Below, in pieces: positions 1 through 10,747 of a stretch of 64,000 nt of DNA. The stretch is from an uncultured delta proteobacterium (GTDB taxonomy: Bacteria; Desulfobacterota; Desulfobacteria; Desulfobacterales; QNYZ01): assembly GCA_963845145.1 (NCBI GenBank), contig CAWJQU010000008.1, positions 32,001-96,000 of the forward strand, given 5' to 3'. Each line of letters begins with the position of its first letter. Positions within the stretch are counted from its first letter, which is position 1. The translations under genes and the position numbers were made by a program. The notes beneath the pieces were generated by a model. It was given only the letters and a program-made list of their open reading frames with translations, made no database searches and was not told the origin of the DNA.

Positions 1-380
1 GGAGAAACACCGTTGGGCAGAGAGGTCATATCTTCCAGCTTGCGTCGCAGGGAATCCCAGACACCTTGCGAATCCTCAGGCGACACCTGGTCCTTTAGCG
101 AGACCGTGACGATGGACAACCCGGTACGGGATTGACTGGTGATCTCCTTGACCTCGGGTAACTCCTGAACCGTCTCTTCAATATTTTTCGAAACAAGAAG
201 TTCCATTCGTTCGGGACTGGCACCGGGAAAAGACGTCACGATGGTTGCCACCCGGACGGTATACGGCGGCATGCTGTCTCGGGAAAGGTTTGGGTAAAGA
301 GCCATGCCCATCAACGCGATAATGGCTATGACAGCAAATGATACCCGGTTTTTTTTTATGGCGATATCGGTAATATTCAT
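1..380 (-). CDS. AcrB/AcrD/AcrF family RND efflux permease, 5' part (runs off window)
   Basis: Manual translation from ATG at 380: MNITDIAIKKNRVSFAVIAIIALMG...TVRVATIVTSFPGASPERMELLVS, a typical RND N-terminus; lies downstream of MFP and TolC genes. Confidence 0.9.
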   Translation of the reverse strand, partial: MNITDIAIKKNRVSFAVIAIIALMGMALYPNLSRDSMPPYTVRVATIVTSFPGASPERMELLVSKNIEETVQELPEVKEITSQSRTGLSIVTVSLKDQVSPEDSQGVWDSLRRKLEDMTSLPNGVS

Positions 381-394
381 CGAAGTCGGATTTC

Positions 395-1526
395 CTATAG
401 TTTGACAGCCATGTTTTCTAAAAGCACCTGCAAACCTGAGGTGGCCACCCGTTCGCCGATTTTCACGCCATCCTTGATTTCGAAACCTTTACTCGTCAAT
501 GGCCCCACGGTCACGGAACGGCGATGAACAACGCCCTGGCCATTTTCCTTTCCCTCGATAACAAACACAAAATTTCCGTCTGCATCTTCACCAATAGCTT
601 CGGTAGGAAGAATGATGTTCTCCGTAATCGTCGAGCTGCTGTCCCCAAAAAGGAAGGTGACATCGGCGGCCATGCCCGGGCGTATCAATGTTGACGGTTC
701 GTCTAGTAGGACGGTGATGGGATAGGTAACGTCATCGCCGGAGGCATAAGAAATTTCTTTGACTTTTCCGGTAAACACCCTGCTGGGTATCGTCGGAAAA
801 ACAACTTCAGCGGCCATCTCTTTTTTCATTTGCGCAATATACCGATCGGATAAGCCTACTTTGATTTCGGATTGACCGACATCACTTAGACTCAAAATAG
901 TCACACCGCTGCCAACGACTTCGTTTTCCTCGATGAACAGACGGTTGATTATCCCGTCAAACGGTGCGGTGATCAGTGCATAGCCCAGTTGGTTTTTGGC
1001 GGCCTGCAATTGTGAACGCGCGGTATCTATTTGTGCACCGGCGGCCTGCAAGCTGGGCCTTGGCAGTCTCATAATTACCTTTAGCCTGTTCAAATTCATT
1101 CAAGGCCACACTACCGCTTTCATAAAGCTTTTCCACGCGCAAGTAGGACGAGCGGGTTGTGTTGACATTGGTTGCCGTGCTCTTGGCATTGGCTTCTGTA
1201 TTTTTTAAATCGGCTACTGCTGAGCTGTAGCTCACTTTCAAGTCGGTATCGTCAAGTCGTACCAACGGCTGCCCCTGAGTAACTTGTTGTCCCACATTCA
1301 CCAAAATAGCCTGGACCGTTCCAGCGACCTTAAAGCTTAACAAAGACTCCTTGCCGGATGCGGCCACACCACTAAACGTGGTCTGCTGGGCGGATTCAAA
1401 GGCAGTCACGATGATGCTCCGGACCGGTCGAATGGGTGCGGGTTCAATGGGGGGCGGTTCTTGCTGACAACCGGCATTGAATATCAGAAACGCTGTCAGC
1501 ATCAGGCAGATCGTTTTAGGTTTCAT
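395..1526 (-). CDS. RND membrane fusion protein (lipoprotein), split by one frameshift near 1045
   Basis: ORF 957..1526 gives the lipobox-like signal (FNAGC) and LSFKVAGTVQAILVNVGQQV; ORF 395..1099 gives ITAPFDGII and IRPGMAADV; the two halves overlap in different frames. Confidence 0.85.
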
Positions 1527-1546
1527 TCATCATACTCCGTGATCGG

Positions 1547-3901
1547 TTATTTTGTGAACGCCGTCTGGAAACGACGGGAAAAGGCCTCTTTTTCACCCTG
1601 TGTGCGTAAAAAATGGAATCCCCCCACCGAACGTTCCAGGTTGAAAATGTCGAGAAGCATCTGGTATTTGGCGATAACTGCGCCCTGCTCTGCCTGAACC
1701 ATGGCGTTCTGGGCATCAACCAAATCGGTGACGCCAAGGCTGCCCTGGGTATAGGCATCCTGGACAATGTTAAAGTTTTTTCGAGCAGCCGCCTGTGCAT
1801 CCTGTGATAATTGCACTTCACGATGCGATACGGACAGCGTTTCAATATTTGAGCGCACCCTGAGATAGAGTCGGTTTTTTAAATTTCTTTCATCAATATG
1901 GTATTGATCCAGTTGTAGTTTTTCACGCGCCAATTCATGCTTTCGCCGCCCCCCACTCCATAAAGGCAGGCTTGCCGTCAGGCCCACTGACCAGGGATGG
2001 TCCAAATCCCCTGGCGTCTTGAAATTTGTGTTCCACTCCTCGAGAGTCTTATCCACTTGCGCGTTTAATTGAAAATCGGGAAGATAAAAATCCCTTTGAA
2101 GATTGAGTAGTTGTCGATTTTGGGCTTTGATGGTCGCTGAGATCTGTTTAAGCTCGGGCAATTGACGGTCGGCTTCTTCCACCAAAAAGTGACTGAGCAA
2201 TTCCATTTGTTTAAAATTGCGGATAGTGGCTTTTACCCGGGGATCCGCCATAAAAAAATGATCGGGGTCACCAATCTCCATACCCATCACCTGGATAGGT
2301 TGATTAAGGGGCCGATCGATGAGTCTGTTTAGGGCCATTTCGGCTATGCGCACGTCACGGTGGGTATCGTTAAAGCTGATTTTGTCACGGGCCAGCTCGC
2401 TCTCCCACCGGTAGACATCACTCGCCCCAACATATCCCACCGATTGTTTGATTTTGGCAATGTCGAGATTTTTTCTCGTTACATTGAGGTTGTTGTTAAA
2501 AATATGGTAATTGCTTTGGGCCAACAACAGGTTTATGTATCCTTCGACAACATCCGTCACCGTATCCAATGTATCTGTTTTTTCTTGATAAAGAGATGAT
2601 TCCGCCAACAGTGTCTGGATGCCGATACCGGCATTAACATCATCCGAGAACACTGTCTGGGAGAGCTGCCCGGTGGCCGTCCATGCACCTGGTGCCGGTT
2701 CGCCCGGATTCCCGCCTGCGCGCTCTTTATCCAAAACCCTCGCTGTGCTGGTAAAAACGGCCTGGGGCAACCGATTCGATCTGGCTGAATCCACCTCTTT
2801 TTTCTGAATTCGGGTATTGTACCGGCTGGAAATCAGGTCAAGATTTTTTTCAAGACCCAACGCGATCACATCTAACAAGCCAACGGCATCGGTACCAGGG
2901 GCTTGATCCGGGATGATGATCCGGGCACGGTTGATTATTTCCCAGTCCGGATAGATGCCCACGTTTTTCATAGTGGCCATGTTCAGCACAAAATTATCCC
3001 CATAGGTGTCGATGACCACGTTCAAATCGGCCGGATCGGTGCCTTCGGCGATTTTCATGATATCCAAGGCGATCCGGCGGCTGATGGCGATCATATTGGC
3101 GTTGGGTGCGATGGCGGCCATAGCCCCGGCTTGTACATCACTTTCACCCAGAAGTGAAAAGGTGGGAATTTTTTTATTATTTAACTGTTGAATAAATGCT
3201 TTTCGCAAGGATTCATCCATGCCCGCCAGGGCCGGTGTCAGATAAACGGCATCCACTGGTGGCTCAATGGACTCAGCGAAAAACAGCGGATCTTTGGGAT
3301 CGATCTCAATGAGTGAAAACGTGGCCTCCGGATGCACAATGGATAGCTGCTTACCCAAATAACCATAAAGATCGGGAAACATCAGCATGTCATCGCGATT
3401 GATCAGCACGCCCAAGTGTTTAAATTCGAATATCGCTTTAAACGTCTTTAGATCTTTTTGGATATCAAAAGGCGACTCGATATAGGTAAAATGATGGACG
3501 CCGCTGGTGTGCCGGTCGGTTTTGATAATGCCCTGCAAACGGCGATCAAGGACCGCAGCTGCAATGGCAGGTTTAGCGTAGGATTTTAATTGGGCAAGAG
3601 CGCTACTGGCCGCAGGCGAAAGGGCCACCACGATATCCACATCGGTTGATGCCATCTGTTGTTCAACCACTGTCTTGACAGCCGCCATGTCACCGGAGGT
3701 GTCGATCGGGACGATATCCAGCGAATAGCGATGCCCCAGCAGTCCTTCGATTTCGGTTACGGCTTGATTAAAAAACATCTGGTTGGATGAATGGTGAAAA
3801 GCGATGATGTGAAGCGTTTTTTGGGCTGTGGCAGGTATTACCACCATAAATGTTATCAATAGAAAAATACCAGGAAGTATCCCTTTTCTACATGAATTCA
3901 T
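1547..3901 (-). CDS. TolC family outer-membrane efflux protein with N-terminal ABC substrate-binding-like domain
   Basis: 784 aa with signal peptide; C-terminal ~450 aa has TolC repeats (GLEKNLDL, ASLPLWSGG, DLVDAQN); N-terminal ~330 aa resembles periplasmic binding folds (VDAVYL, KIPTFS, NFVLNMATMKNVGI). Confidence 0.8.
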   Translation of the reverse strand: MNSCRKGILPGIFLLITFMVVIPATAQKTLHIIAFHHSSNQMFFNQAVTEIEGLLGHRYSLDIVPIDTSGDMAAVKTVVEQQMASTDVDIVVALSPAASSALAQLKSYAKPAIAAAVLDRRLQGIIKTDRHTSGVHHFTYIESPFDIQKDLKTFKAIFEFKHLGVLINRDDMLMFPDLYGYLGKQLSIVHPEATFSLIEIDPKDPLFFAESIEPPVDAVYLTPALAGMDESLRKAFIQQLNNKKIPTFSLLGESDVQAGAMAAIAPNANMIAISRRIALDIMKIAEGTDPADLNVVIDTYGDNFVLNMATMKNVGIYPDWEIINRARIIIPDQAPGTDAVGLLDVIALGLEKNLDLISSRYNTRIQKKEVDSARSNRLPQAVFTSTARVLDKERAGGNPGEPAPGAWTATGQLSQTVFSDDVNAGIGIQTLLAESSLYQEKTDTLDTVTDVVEGYINLLLAQSNYHIFNNNLNVTRKNLDIAKIKQSVGYVGASDVYRWESELARDKISFNDTHRDVRIAEMALNRLIDRPLNQPIQVMGMEIGDPDHFFMADPRVKATIRNFKQMELLSHFLVEEADRQLPELKQISATIKAQNRQLLNLQRDFYLPDFQLNAQVDKTLEEWNTNFKTPGDLDHPWSVGLTASLPLWSGGRRKHELAREKLQLDQYHIDERNLKNRLYLRVRSNIETLSVSHREVQLSQDAQAAARKNFNIVQDAYTQGSLGVTDLVDAQNAMVQAEQGAVIAKYQMLLDIFNLERSVGGFHFLRTQGEKEAFSRRFQTAFTK

Positions 3902-4334
3902 ATAAGACAGACCTATTAGATGATTGGTTAATTTGTTATATGGTGTAAATCTAAAAAATCACAATGATAAGCGGTATCCTAATAATATTACAGATTTTTT
4001 TTAAAACAAGATCAATATTCCTATCCATCCACAAAACAGCACCCAGGGTTTACAACTCACCATAATTGCGATGTAAATCTCTTTATAATTAAGCCGCCCT
4101 ACAATCAAACGGGTCCCGACATGATCTAATGAGCAAATCTTTTTTACTTTTTTATCCTATCCCCTAAAGATATCCGTAAACCGGTCGATAATATATTCTA
4201 ACAGTATGAATTATAAGGTTGAGGCAGATTCTAATATTCGCGCCTTGGCCTGATAAGTTAGCCTGTATCATGAAATGTATTCTTGTAGGCAAGCAACTTC
4301 AAGCCGAAAAACAAATCAAAATGGAGCATGAATC

Positions 4335-5315
4335 ATGAGAAGAACCCTCGTTTCCGTAGTAATCGTAGCACTGATGATGTCGTGTCTGGCAGTAGGCAAT
4401 GTTAACGCAGCGGACAAGCCCATACTGAAAATCGGCTATAGTGACTGGCCGGGTTGGGTTGCCTGGGAAATAGGTGTTAAGAAGGGTTGGTTTAAAGAAG
4501 CCGGGGTTGATGCCCGTTTTTTCTGGTATGATTATGTTGCCTCCATGGACGAATTTGCGGCAAATAAGCTGGATGCTGTTTGCATGACCAATATTGATGC
4601 CCTTTTTACCGGCGCAACAGGACGCCACGGTAAGGCTGTCGTCATAAACGATTACTCCAACGGTTCCGACATGATCGTTGCCCAGGCGGGCATTGCCAGT
4701 GTTAGCGACTTAAAAGGTAAAAAGGTGGCCTTGGAAGTGGGGCTATTGGAACAACTGCTCCTTCGAAAAGCACTTGAAAGCAACGGCCTTTCCGAAACGG
4801 ATGTCACCGTGATCAATCTTCCCACAGACAAGTTGCCGCTGGCCCTTAAGGTTAAAAAAGCCGATGCTGTTGTCGCCTGGCAACCCAGCTCCGGCGAAGC
4901 ACTGACGGCGGCTGCCGGATCCAAGGCAATTTTTAGCAGCGCTGACGTTCCAGGATTGATCTACGACGCCCTCTTCGTCGGCGATGAAAGTTTAAAAGCC
5001 CATCCTGATGAGTGGAAAAAGGTCGCCGATGTATGGTTTCGTATTGTTGACTTTATTAAAGACCCAGCGAACAAAACTGAAGTCCTCGCCATCATGAGTC
5101 ACCGTGCAGGCGTACCTGCAGCCGAATACGGGCCCATGCTAAATGGCGCATTTTTATTGGACCGGCCGGGGAACCAAAAAGCGTTTGCAGTCGGTGACGG
5201 ATTGGATTCGATTTACGGCTCCACTAAAGTTGCAGACCAATTTAATATGGACATGAAAAATTACACAGCCAAACAAGATGTGGACAGCTATATCTATCCT
5301 GACTTTGCTAAGTAA
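4335..5315 (+). CDS. ABC transporter substrate-binding protein, SsuA/NMT1-THI5-like
   Basis: Signal peptide; LKIGYSDWPGW, NDYSNGSDMIVA, SVSDLKGKKVALE and DAVVAWQP motifs. Confidence 0.85.
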   Translation: MRRTLVSVVIVALMMSCLAVGNVNAADKPILKIGYSDWPGWVAWEIGVKKGWFKEAGVDARFFWYDYVASMDEFAANKLDAVCMTNIDALFTGATGRHGKAVVINDYSNGSDMIVAQAGIASVSDLKGKKVALEVGLLEQLLLRKALESNGLSETDVTVINLPTDKLPLALKVKKADAVVAWQPSSGEALTAAAGSKAIFSSADVPGLIYDALFVGDESLKAHPDEWKKVADVWFRIVDFIKDPANKTEVLAIMSHRAGVPAAEYGPMLNGAFLLDRPGNQKAFAVGDGLDSIYGSTKVADQFNMDMKNYTAKQDVDSYIYPDFAK

Positions 5316-5422
5316 ATTAATTAGCTTAAAGGCCAACGGGGCGTTGGTCAATACGCCCCCAAGACGATTGCATAACCCCATAAGGACAGTGGCCAAATCT
5401 AATTATCAAAGGACAAATAGAA

Positions 5423-7435
5423 ATGAAACGTAAAAGCATCCAAATGAAAATTGCCGCTTGGTCGGGATTGTGCCTGCTGGTTACAGCTACGGCCATTGTC
5501 AGTTTTGCTGCAGTGAATATGAAAAATGCCGCCCATGCCCAGAGAGAAGAGGCCATCCAGACGGCAAAGAAAATTGCCTCAACGACGGCTGAGGAAAAGG
5601 CCGGGCAAATCAAAGCCGAACTGGAAAAAGCGATGGATGTGGCCCGAACTCTTGCCGAAACATTTTCGGGAATAAAAGATGATCGGGCCAACTTAAAACT
5701 GGATCGTGATGCCATCAATAACATCCTGAAAATCATCCTCGAACGAAATCCGCTTTTTACAGGCGTCTACACAGCCTGGGAGCCCAACGCACTGGATGAT
5801 CTTGATGACCTTTACAAGGACACCGACGGAAACGATGCCACTGGCCGCTACGTGCCCTATTGGAGTCGCAACAAGCAGGGTGAGATCGCCATGAAACCCC
5901 TGATCGATTACGCTGTTGAGGGGCCTGGTGATTACTACCAACGACCCCAAAAGACAAAAACGGAATGCCTCATTGATCCCAGGATTTACCCTGTTCATGG
6001 CCAGCCCACATTGATGACCTCCCTGGTCGTGCCCGTTATGGTCGGTACCACTTTTTACGGGATCGCCGGGATCGACCTTCAGCTTGATTTTTTACAAGCA
6101 ATTTCGGATGATGTAGAGGGTTTGTACGATGGCGCCGCGAAAATCGTAATCATCAGCCACAATGGCACTCTCGTTGGGGTAACCCAACAGCCTGATTTAC
6201 AAGGTCAGCCCCTAAAAACGATTTCCGAGAATGTTTCCGAGGATCTGGCGTTGATTCAATCCGGTGAAACGAAAGTCGTTACCAACGAGAAGGGCGAACT
6301 GGAAGTACTGGTGCCGATATCCTTAGGTAAAGCCCAAACGCCCTGGAGTGTCAAAATCCTCATCCCCGAAGAAAAGGTGACCCTAGCGGCAGACACCCAG
6401 ATGCAAGCTGCAATCCAGAACGTATGGAAGATGACCGGAATCGGTGTAGCCTGCGCGATAAGCGCATTGGTACTACTCTGGTTTGTGGCCCTCAGTATCG
6501 CGAAACCTATTCGACGGGCGACAAATAGCCTGACAGAAAAGTCCGAAAATGTAACCCTGACGGCAGCACAAATCACTGATTCCAGCCAGGAGTTGGCTGC
6601 AGGCGCATCTCAACAGGCCGCCTCTATTGAGGAGACCTCCTCTTCCCTCGAGGAGATGTCTGCAATGACCAAGCAAAACGCTGACAATGCGTCTGAGGCC
6701 AAACAATTGATGACAGCAACGGAACAGATTGTTGCTCAGGCAAACCAGTCCATGGATCAGCTAACACAATCGATGGATGAAATTAACCGGTCCAGTGAAG
6801 AGACATCCAAAATCATCAAAACGATTGATGAAATTGCCTTTCAGACCAATCTTCTGGCTCTAAATGCAGCTGTAGAGGCAGCACGAGCTGGTGAGGCTGG
6901 TGCCGGATTTGCTGTTGTCGCAGATGAAGTTAGAAATCTGGCGATGCGGGCAGCCGAGGCTGCCACAAGCACGACGGCTCTGATTGATGATACAACCAAG
7001 AAAGTTGCCGAAGGGTCCACTTTGCTAAACAGCACCAATACTGATTTTGACAAGGTCACCGAAAGTGCCGCCAAGGTCGGTGATTTGATTCGAGAAATCG
7101 CTGCCGCATCGAAAGAACAAGCCCAAGGTATTGAGCAGGTTAACAGAGCCGTTTCCGAAATGGATAAAGTTGTTCAGCAGACCGCTTCCGGTGCTGAAAA
7201 ATCAGCATCAGCAAGTGAGGGAATGAAGATCAGTTCTACAGAGATGAAAGCACTTGTCGATCAGATTGCCAACCTGCTGGAGGGAACACTCGAATCAACT
7301 CGTCCGGCGGGCACCTCTTTAGAAAAGAAGATAAAGCCTATTTTCTCTGCTTCACGTAAAAAATCCAAACCAAAGGCTAAATTTGATGCAGAACAATTTG
7401 TGTCAGTGAAAAACGAAGCTATAGATGCGTTTTGA
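5423..7435 (+). CDS. Methyl-accepting chemotaxis protein with Cache-type periplasmic sensor
   Basis: Two TM helices flanking a periplasmic domain ([27 protein letters not shown]); signalling motif [37 protein letters not shown]. Confidence 0.95.
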   Translation: MKRKSIQMKIAAWSGLCLLVTATAIVSFAAVNMKNAAHAQREEAIQTAKKIASTTAEEKAGQIKAELEKAMDVARTLAETFSGIKDDRANLKLDRDAINNILKIILERNPLFTGVYTAWEPNALDDLDDLYKDTDGNDATGRYVPYWSRNKQGEIAMKPLIDYAVEGPGDYYQRPQKTKTECLIDPRIYPVHGQPTLMTSLVVPVMVGTTFYGIAGIDLQLDFLQAISDDVEGLYDGAAKIVIISHNGTLVGVTQQPDLQGQPLKTISENVSEDLALIQSGETKVVTNEKGELEVLVPISLGKAQTPWSVKILIPEEKVTLAADTQMQAAIQNVWKMTGIGVACAISALVLLWFVALSIAKPIRRATNSLTEKSENVTLTAAQITDSSQELAAGASQQAASIEETSSSLEEMSAMTKQNADNASEAKQLMTATEQIVAQANQSMDQLTQSMDEINRSSEETSKIIKTIDEIAFQTNLLALNAAVEAARAGEAGAGFAVVADEVRNLAMRAAEAATSTTALIDDTTKKVAEGSTLLNSTNTDFDKVTESAAKVGDLIREIAAASKEQAQGIEQVNRAVSEMDKVVQQTASGAEKSASASEGMKISSTEMKALVDQIANLLEGTLESTRPAGTSLEKKIKPIFSASRKKSKPKAKFDAEQFVSVKNEAIDAF

Positions 7436-7451
7436 TATTATCCTTTATCCT

Positions 7452-7499
7452 GAATATATAAGGGTGGTATTTTAGTTAGTATCACCCTTATATTGTTCA
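7452..7499. terminator. Hairpin between convergent MCP and pldA genes
   Basis: Inverted repeat atataagggtggtat / gtatcacccttatat just after the MCP stop. Confidence 0.55.
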
Positions 7500-7652
7500 A
7501 GCGACCTCTTTTGATTTAACGGTCGAACTTTCACCCTAACGCTGCATAAAAATTGAGCTCAAAATGCGATAGATGATGTCATTGCGGTATAAAAAGTTTC
7601 GTCGCATGTGGGCTCTATCCAAGGAATTGCGGACGCGCTGTTGCATAGGATG

Positions 7653-8681
7653 CTACAACCAATCATAAAGCAGGACGCCGGCCCCGATCCTATTTACATT
7701 TTGATCGTAATCAATCAGGCTTTCACCATATCCGGAGAAGTACTGGATATAACCTTTGATGTATTTATAATTGCCAAATGGAAAACTCCAGCCAAGTTCG
7801 ACGGCTCCGTTTTCGAAGTTGGATTCGATAAGATTCCGAACCATCATACTGAGGGTATGCCCACCTCGATGATAGATGGCGCGAAGTTCGCCATGCCCCA
7901 GATAATCTGTGATATCCGGGTTATCATCATTTTCAGATTTCTCCTGAATCCTGATCCAGGGTTTGATACTGAGGGCCAGATTCCGCTTTTCGAATATGAA
8001 GTCGGCATAGATTCGGTTCCAACTTCTTGACAATACGCCTCCTTGCCCATTGGACTGGTGGACGACCCCTAGTATATTTAATGCATTGCTGATTCCGGCA
8101 AAATCAAACCCCGAGCGGACCTGCAACCATACTTCGGGTTCATGATTGGTTTCTCTAAACGGTGAAGATAACTCCTTGTCGTAAACCTGCCAGAAGGAAC
8201 GATTCGTATAGGCGGCATAGATATCCACTGGACGATTGAACAACGCCACTGCCAAGGGTGTTTTGAAGCTGATCTGGAACTGGGCTTCGATATCTTTGAC
8301 GTCCAGGGAATCATTGTCATACTGTTCTGCGTACGCGGCGGGATTGTAACCATTAAAATTGTAAGCGCCCAATAGGATATAATTCGGTTTATGGGCCATG
8401 ATTGAAAATCGCTTGTGGAGAATCGCTTTATCAGCCGCCAATCTCTTTTGAACCGCTTGTTCCGGCTGAGTTTCCGCTGCCATTTGTTTTTGACAGGTGG
8501 CTCTGATCTCTCCAATGGTTGTCTTGTCTTCTGCGGACTGAATAAGCTCAAGAATACAGTTATTCAAGCGGTCGTCTGCTTCTGTTTGACTTATTGACGG
8601 CGGTGACCAGCCAAAAGTTATCAGGAAAAAGGTTATGCTTACGATACAGTACGATTTGAAAGCTTTACCCAATATCTTCAT
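7653..8681 (-). CDS. pldA: Outer membrane phospholipase A1
   Basis: FQISFK, SSPFRETNHEPE, catalytic HQSNGQGG..SRSWNRIY, GYGESLIDY and terminal DWL. Confidence 0.92.
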   Translation of the reverse strand: MKILGKAFKSYCIVSITFFLITFGWSPPSISQTEADDRLNNCILELIQSAEDKTTIGEIRATCQKQMAAETQPEQAVQKRLAADKAILHKRFSIMAHKPNYILLGAYNFNGYNPAAYAEQYDNDSLDVKDIEAQFQISFKTPLAVALFNRPVDIYAAYTNRSFWQVYDKELSSPFRETNHEPEVWLQVRSGFDFAGISNALNILGVVHQSNGQGGVLSRSWNRIYADFIFEKRNLALSIKPWIRIQEKSENDDNPDITDYLGHGELRAIYHRGGHTLSMMVRNLIESNFENGAVELGWSFPFGNYKYIKGYIQYFSGYGESLIDYDQNVNRIGAGVLLYDWL

Positions 8682-8760
8682 GCAATCTCCAAAATAAAAA
8701 TACGATTTGCCCGACAGGTATATAAAGCCATATCATTTTTTTGCTCAATTTAATATCTAA

Positions 8761-9861
8761 ACCGCCGCGGAAGCCAGGTCCCAAACAACCATCGAAACCG
8801 CAAACGGTAATGCTAAAACAGCCATAACCGTTGGAATTGCCGCGCTCATTTTGGGTTTATGCCTGGCCTTTTTTATCATGCGAAGCATCACCAAACCCAT
8901 CAATCTTATTATCAACGACCTCAACGATGGGTCGGATCAGGTGGCCTCCGCTTCAGGACAGATATCTTCCGCCAGCCAACAGTTGGCCGAGGGTTCTTCA
9001 GAGCAAGCCGCGTCCATCGAAGAGACATCCTCTTCATTGGAGGAGATGTCCTCAATGACCAAACAGAACGCCGATAATGCATCCCAGGCGGACAACCTCA
9101 TGAAAGACGCAAACCAGATCGTCGCGCAGGCCAACCAATCCATGGATGAATTGACAGGCTCTATGGCGGAAATTTCGAAAGCCAGCGAGGAGACTTCCAA
9201 AATCATCAAAACCATCGATGAGATCGCCTTTCAAACAAACTTACTGGCGTTGAATGCCGCCGTTGAAGCGGCCAGGGCCGGGGAGGCCGGGGCCGGATTT
9301 GCAGTGGTGGCTGATGAGGTGAGAAACCTGGCCATGCGCGCAGCCGAAGCGGCCAAGAGCACATCCGATTTGATAGAAGGCACGGTCAAGAAAATAAATG
9401 ATGGCTCCGCGCTGGTTACGCGTACCAATGATGCTTTTACTCAGGTGGCCGGAAGCGCTGCTAAGGTCGGCGGACTTGTAAGCGAGATTGCGGCCGCTTC
9501 CAACGAACAAGCCCAGGGGATTGAGCAGGTAAACACGGCCGTTACTGAAATGGATCAGGTAACCCAAGCCACTGCCGGCAATGCCGAAGAGACGGCCGGC
9601 GCCTCGGAGGAGCTCAGTGCTCAGGCCGAACAGATGAAATCCGTTGTTGCAAGGTTGGTCGCTTTGGTAGGTAGTCAGGGAAAAGGCACCAAGCGTAAAT
9701 CCGTTTTAGCGGCCGGAGTTTCAAATTTAAAAACATATATGCCACTAAGCAATAATACCTCACAGGGAATGGCAAAACGCCATCGCCCCCTTCCCCGCGG
9801 ACAGGAAGTGTCTCCGGAACAAGTTATTCCAATGGATGATGAGGTTTTTAAAGATTTTTAG
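8761..9861 (+). pseudogene. Methyl-accepting chemotaxis protein, apparently 5'-truncated (TM2 plus signalling domain only)
   Basis: Frame opens at 8761 after a TAA with no ATG; contains one TM helix then SITKPI and a full MCP signalling domain; no TM1 or sensor domain. Confidence 0.7.
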
Positions 9862-10014
9862 ATCCCGCTTTTAGTCCATAGTGGACCACCTTACCGATAG
9901 AGAAACCTTCACGGGAGCCTGCCGACAGGTGGGCGCCTCCATCAATGGCTGACGGATCGGTGCTTAAAATTATGAAGTTATTTTTTTAAGCGACCCCTTA
10001 TGGCTGGCTTCCAA

Positions 10015-10713
10015 TCAACCCATCCGATCTTCGATTTTAGTCCACTTCCCCTGCCGCGTCGGTTTTTTCAATGACGCGTTCAACTGGTCCAGAAAACGGC
10101 TCCTCGGCATCTCCATAGCCCCCATACGTAACAAATGGTCGGTAGCGACCTGGCAGTCGATCATATCAAAATCCCACTGCGCCAAAAGCCCTGCCAGGGA
10201 TACCAGTGCCACGTTGGAGGCATTGCTGACCCGGTGAAACATGGATTCACCGAAAAAACTGCCGCCCAAAGAGATACCGTATAGTCCACCGACGATTTGC
10301 CCGTTTTGCCAGGTTTCTACGGAATGGGCGAATCCGGACGCGTGTAGGTCAATATAGGCTGTCATCATCTCATCGGTAATCCAGGTGCCATCCTGAAAAT
10401 TCCTGGAAACGGAAGCGCAGGCGTGAATCACCTGCTCAAAAGCCCGATCAAGAGTCACCTGGAATCGATTTTGTCTTAAGATACGCCTTAGCCTGCGGGA
10501 TACCTTCAATTGGGTAGGGTTTAAAACCAGGCGGGGGTCGGGTGACCACCAGAGAATCGGCTCGTCCTGGGAGTACCAGGGGAAAATACCCCGGCCATAG
10601 GCCAGCAACAGTCGCTCGATACTTAAATCCCCGCCCACAGCCAAAAGCCCCTCCTCAATAGCCAGATGAGGGGGTGGGAATACCAGTTCGGAGGAAAGGC
10701 GATAAACAGGCAT
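10015..10713 (-). CDS. aat: Leucyl/phenylalanyl-tRNA--protein transferase
   Basis: GLLAVGGDLSIERLLLAYGRGIFPWY, WWSPDPR and FFGESMF; lies downstream of clpA; start taken at MPVYRL. Confidence 0.95.
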   Translation of the reverse strand: MPVYRLSSELVFPPPHLAIEEGLLAVGGDLSIERLLLAYGRGIFPWYSQDEPILWWSPDPRLVLNPTQLKVSRRLRRILRQNRFQVTLDRAFEQVIHACASVSRNFQDGTWITDEMMTAYIDLHASGFAHSVETWQNGQIVGGLYGISLGGSFFGESMFHRVSNASNVALVSLAGLLAQWDFDMIDCQVATDHLLRMGAMEMPRSRFLDQLNASLKKPTRQGKWTKIEDRMG

Positions 10714-10747
10714 GCCCGTAGCTGTCACTTTAGCCATCAAAAACAAC

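Noticed and set aside
3902..4334. Guanidine riboswitch upstream of the solute-binding protein
   Set aside because: I could not find the conserved ykkC or mini-ykkC sequence elements by eye; the region is simply AT-rich
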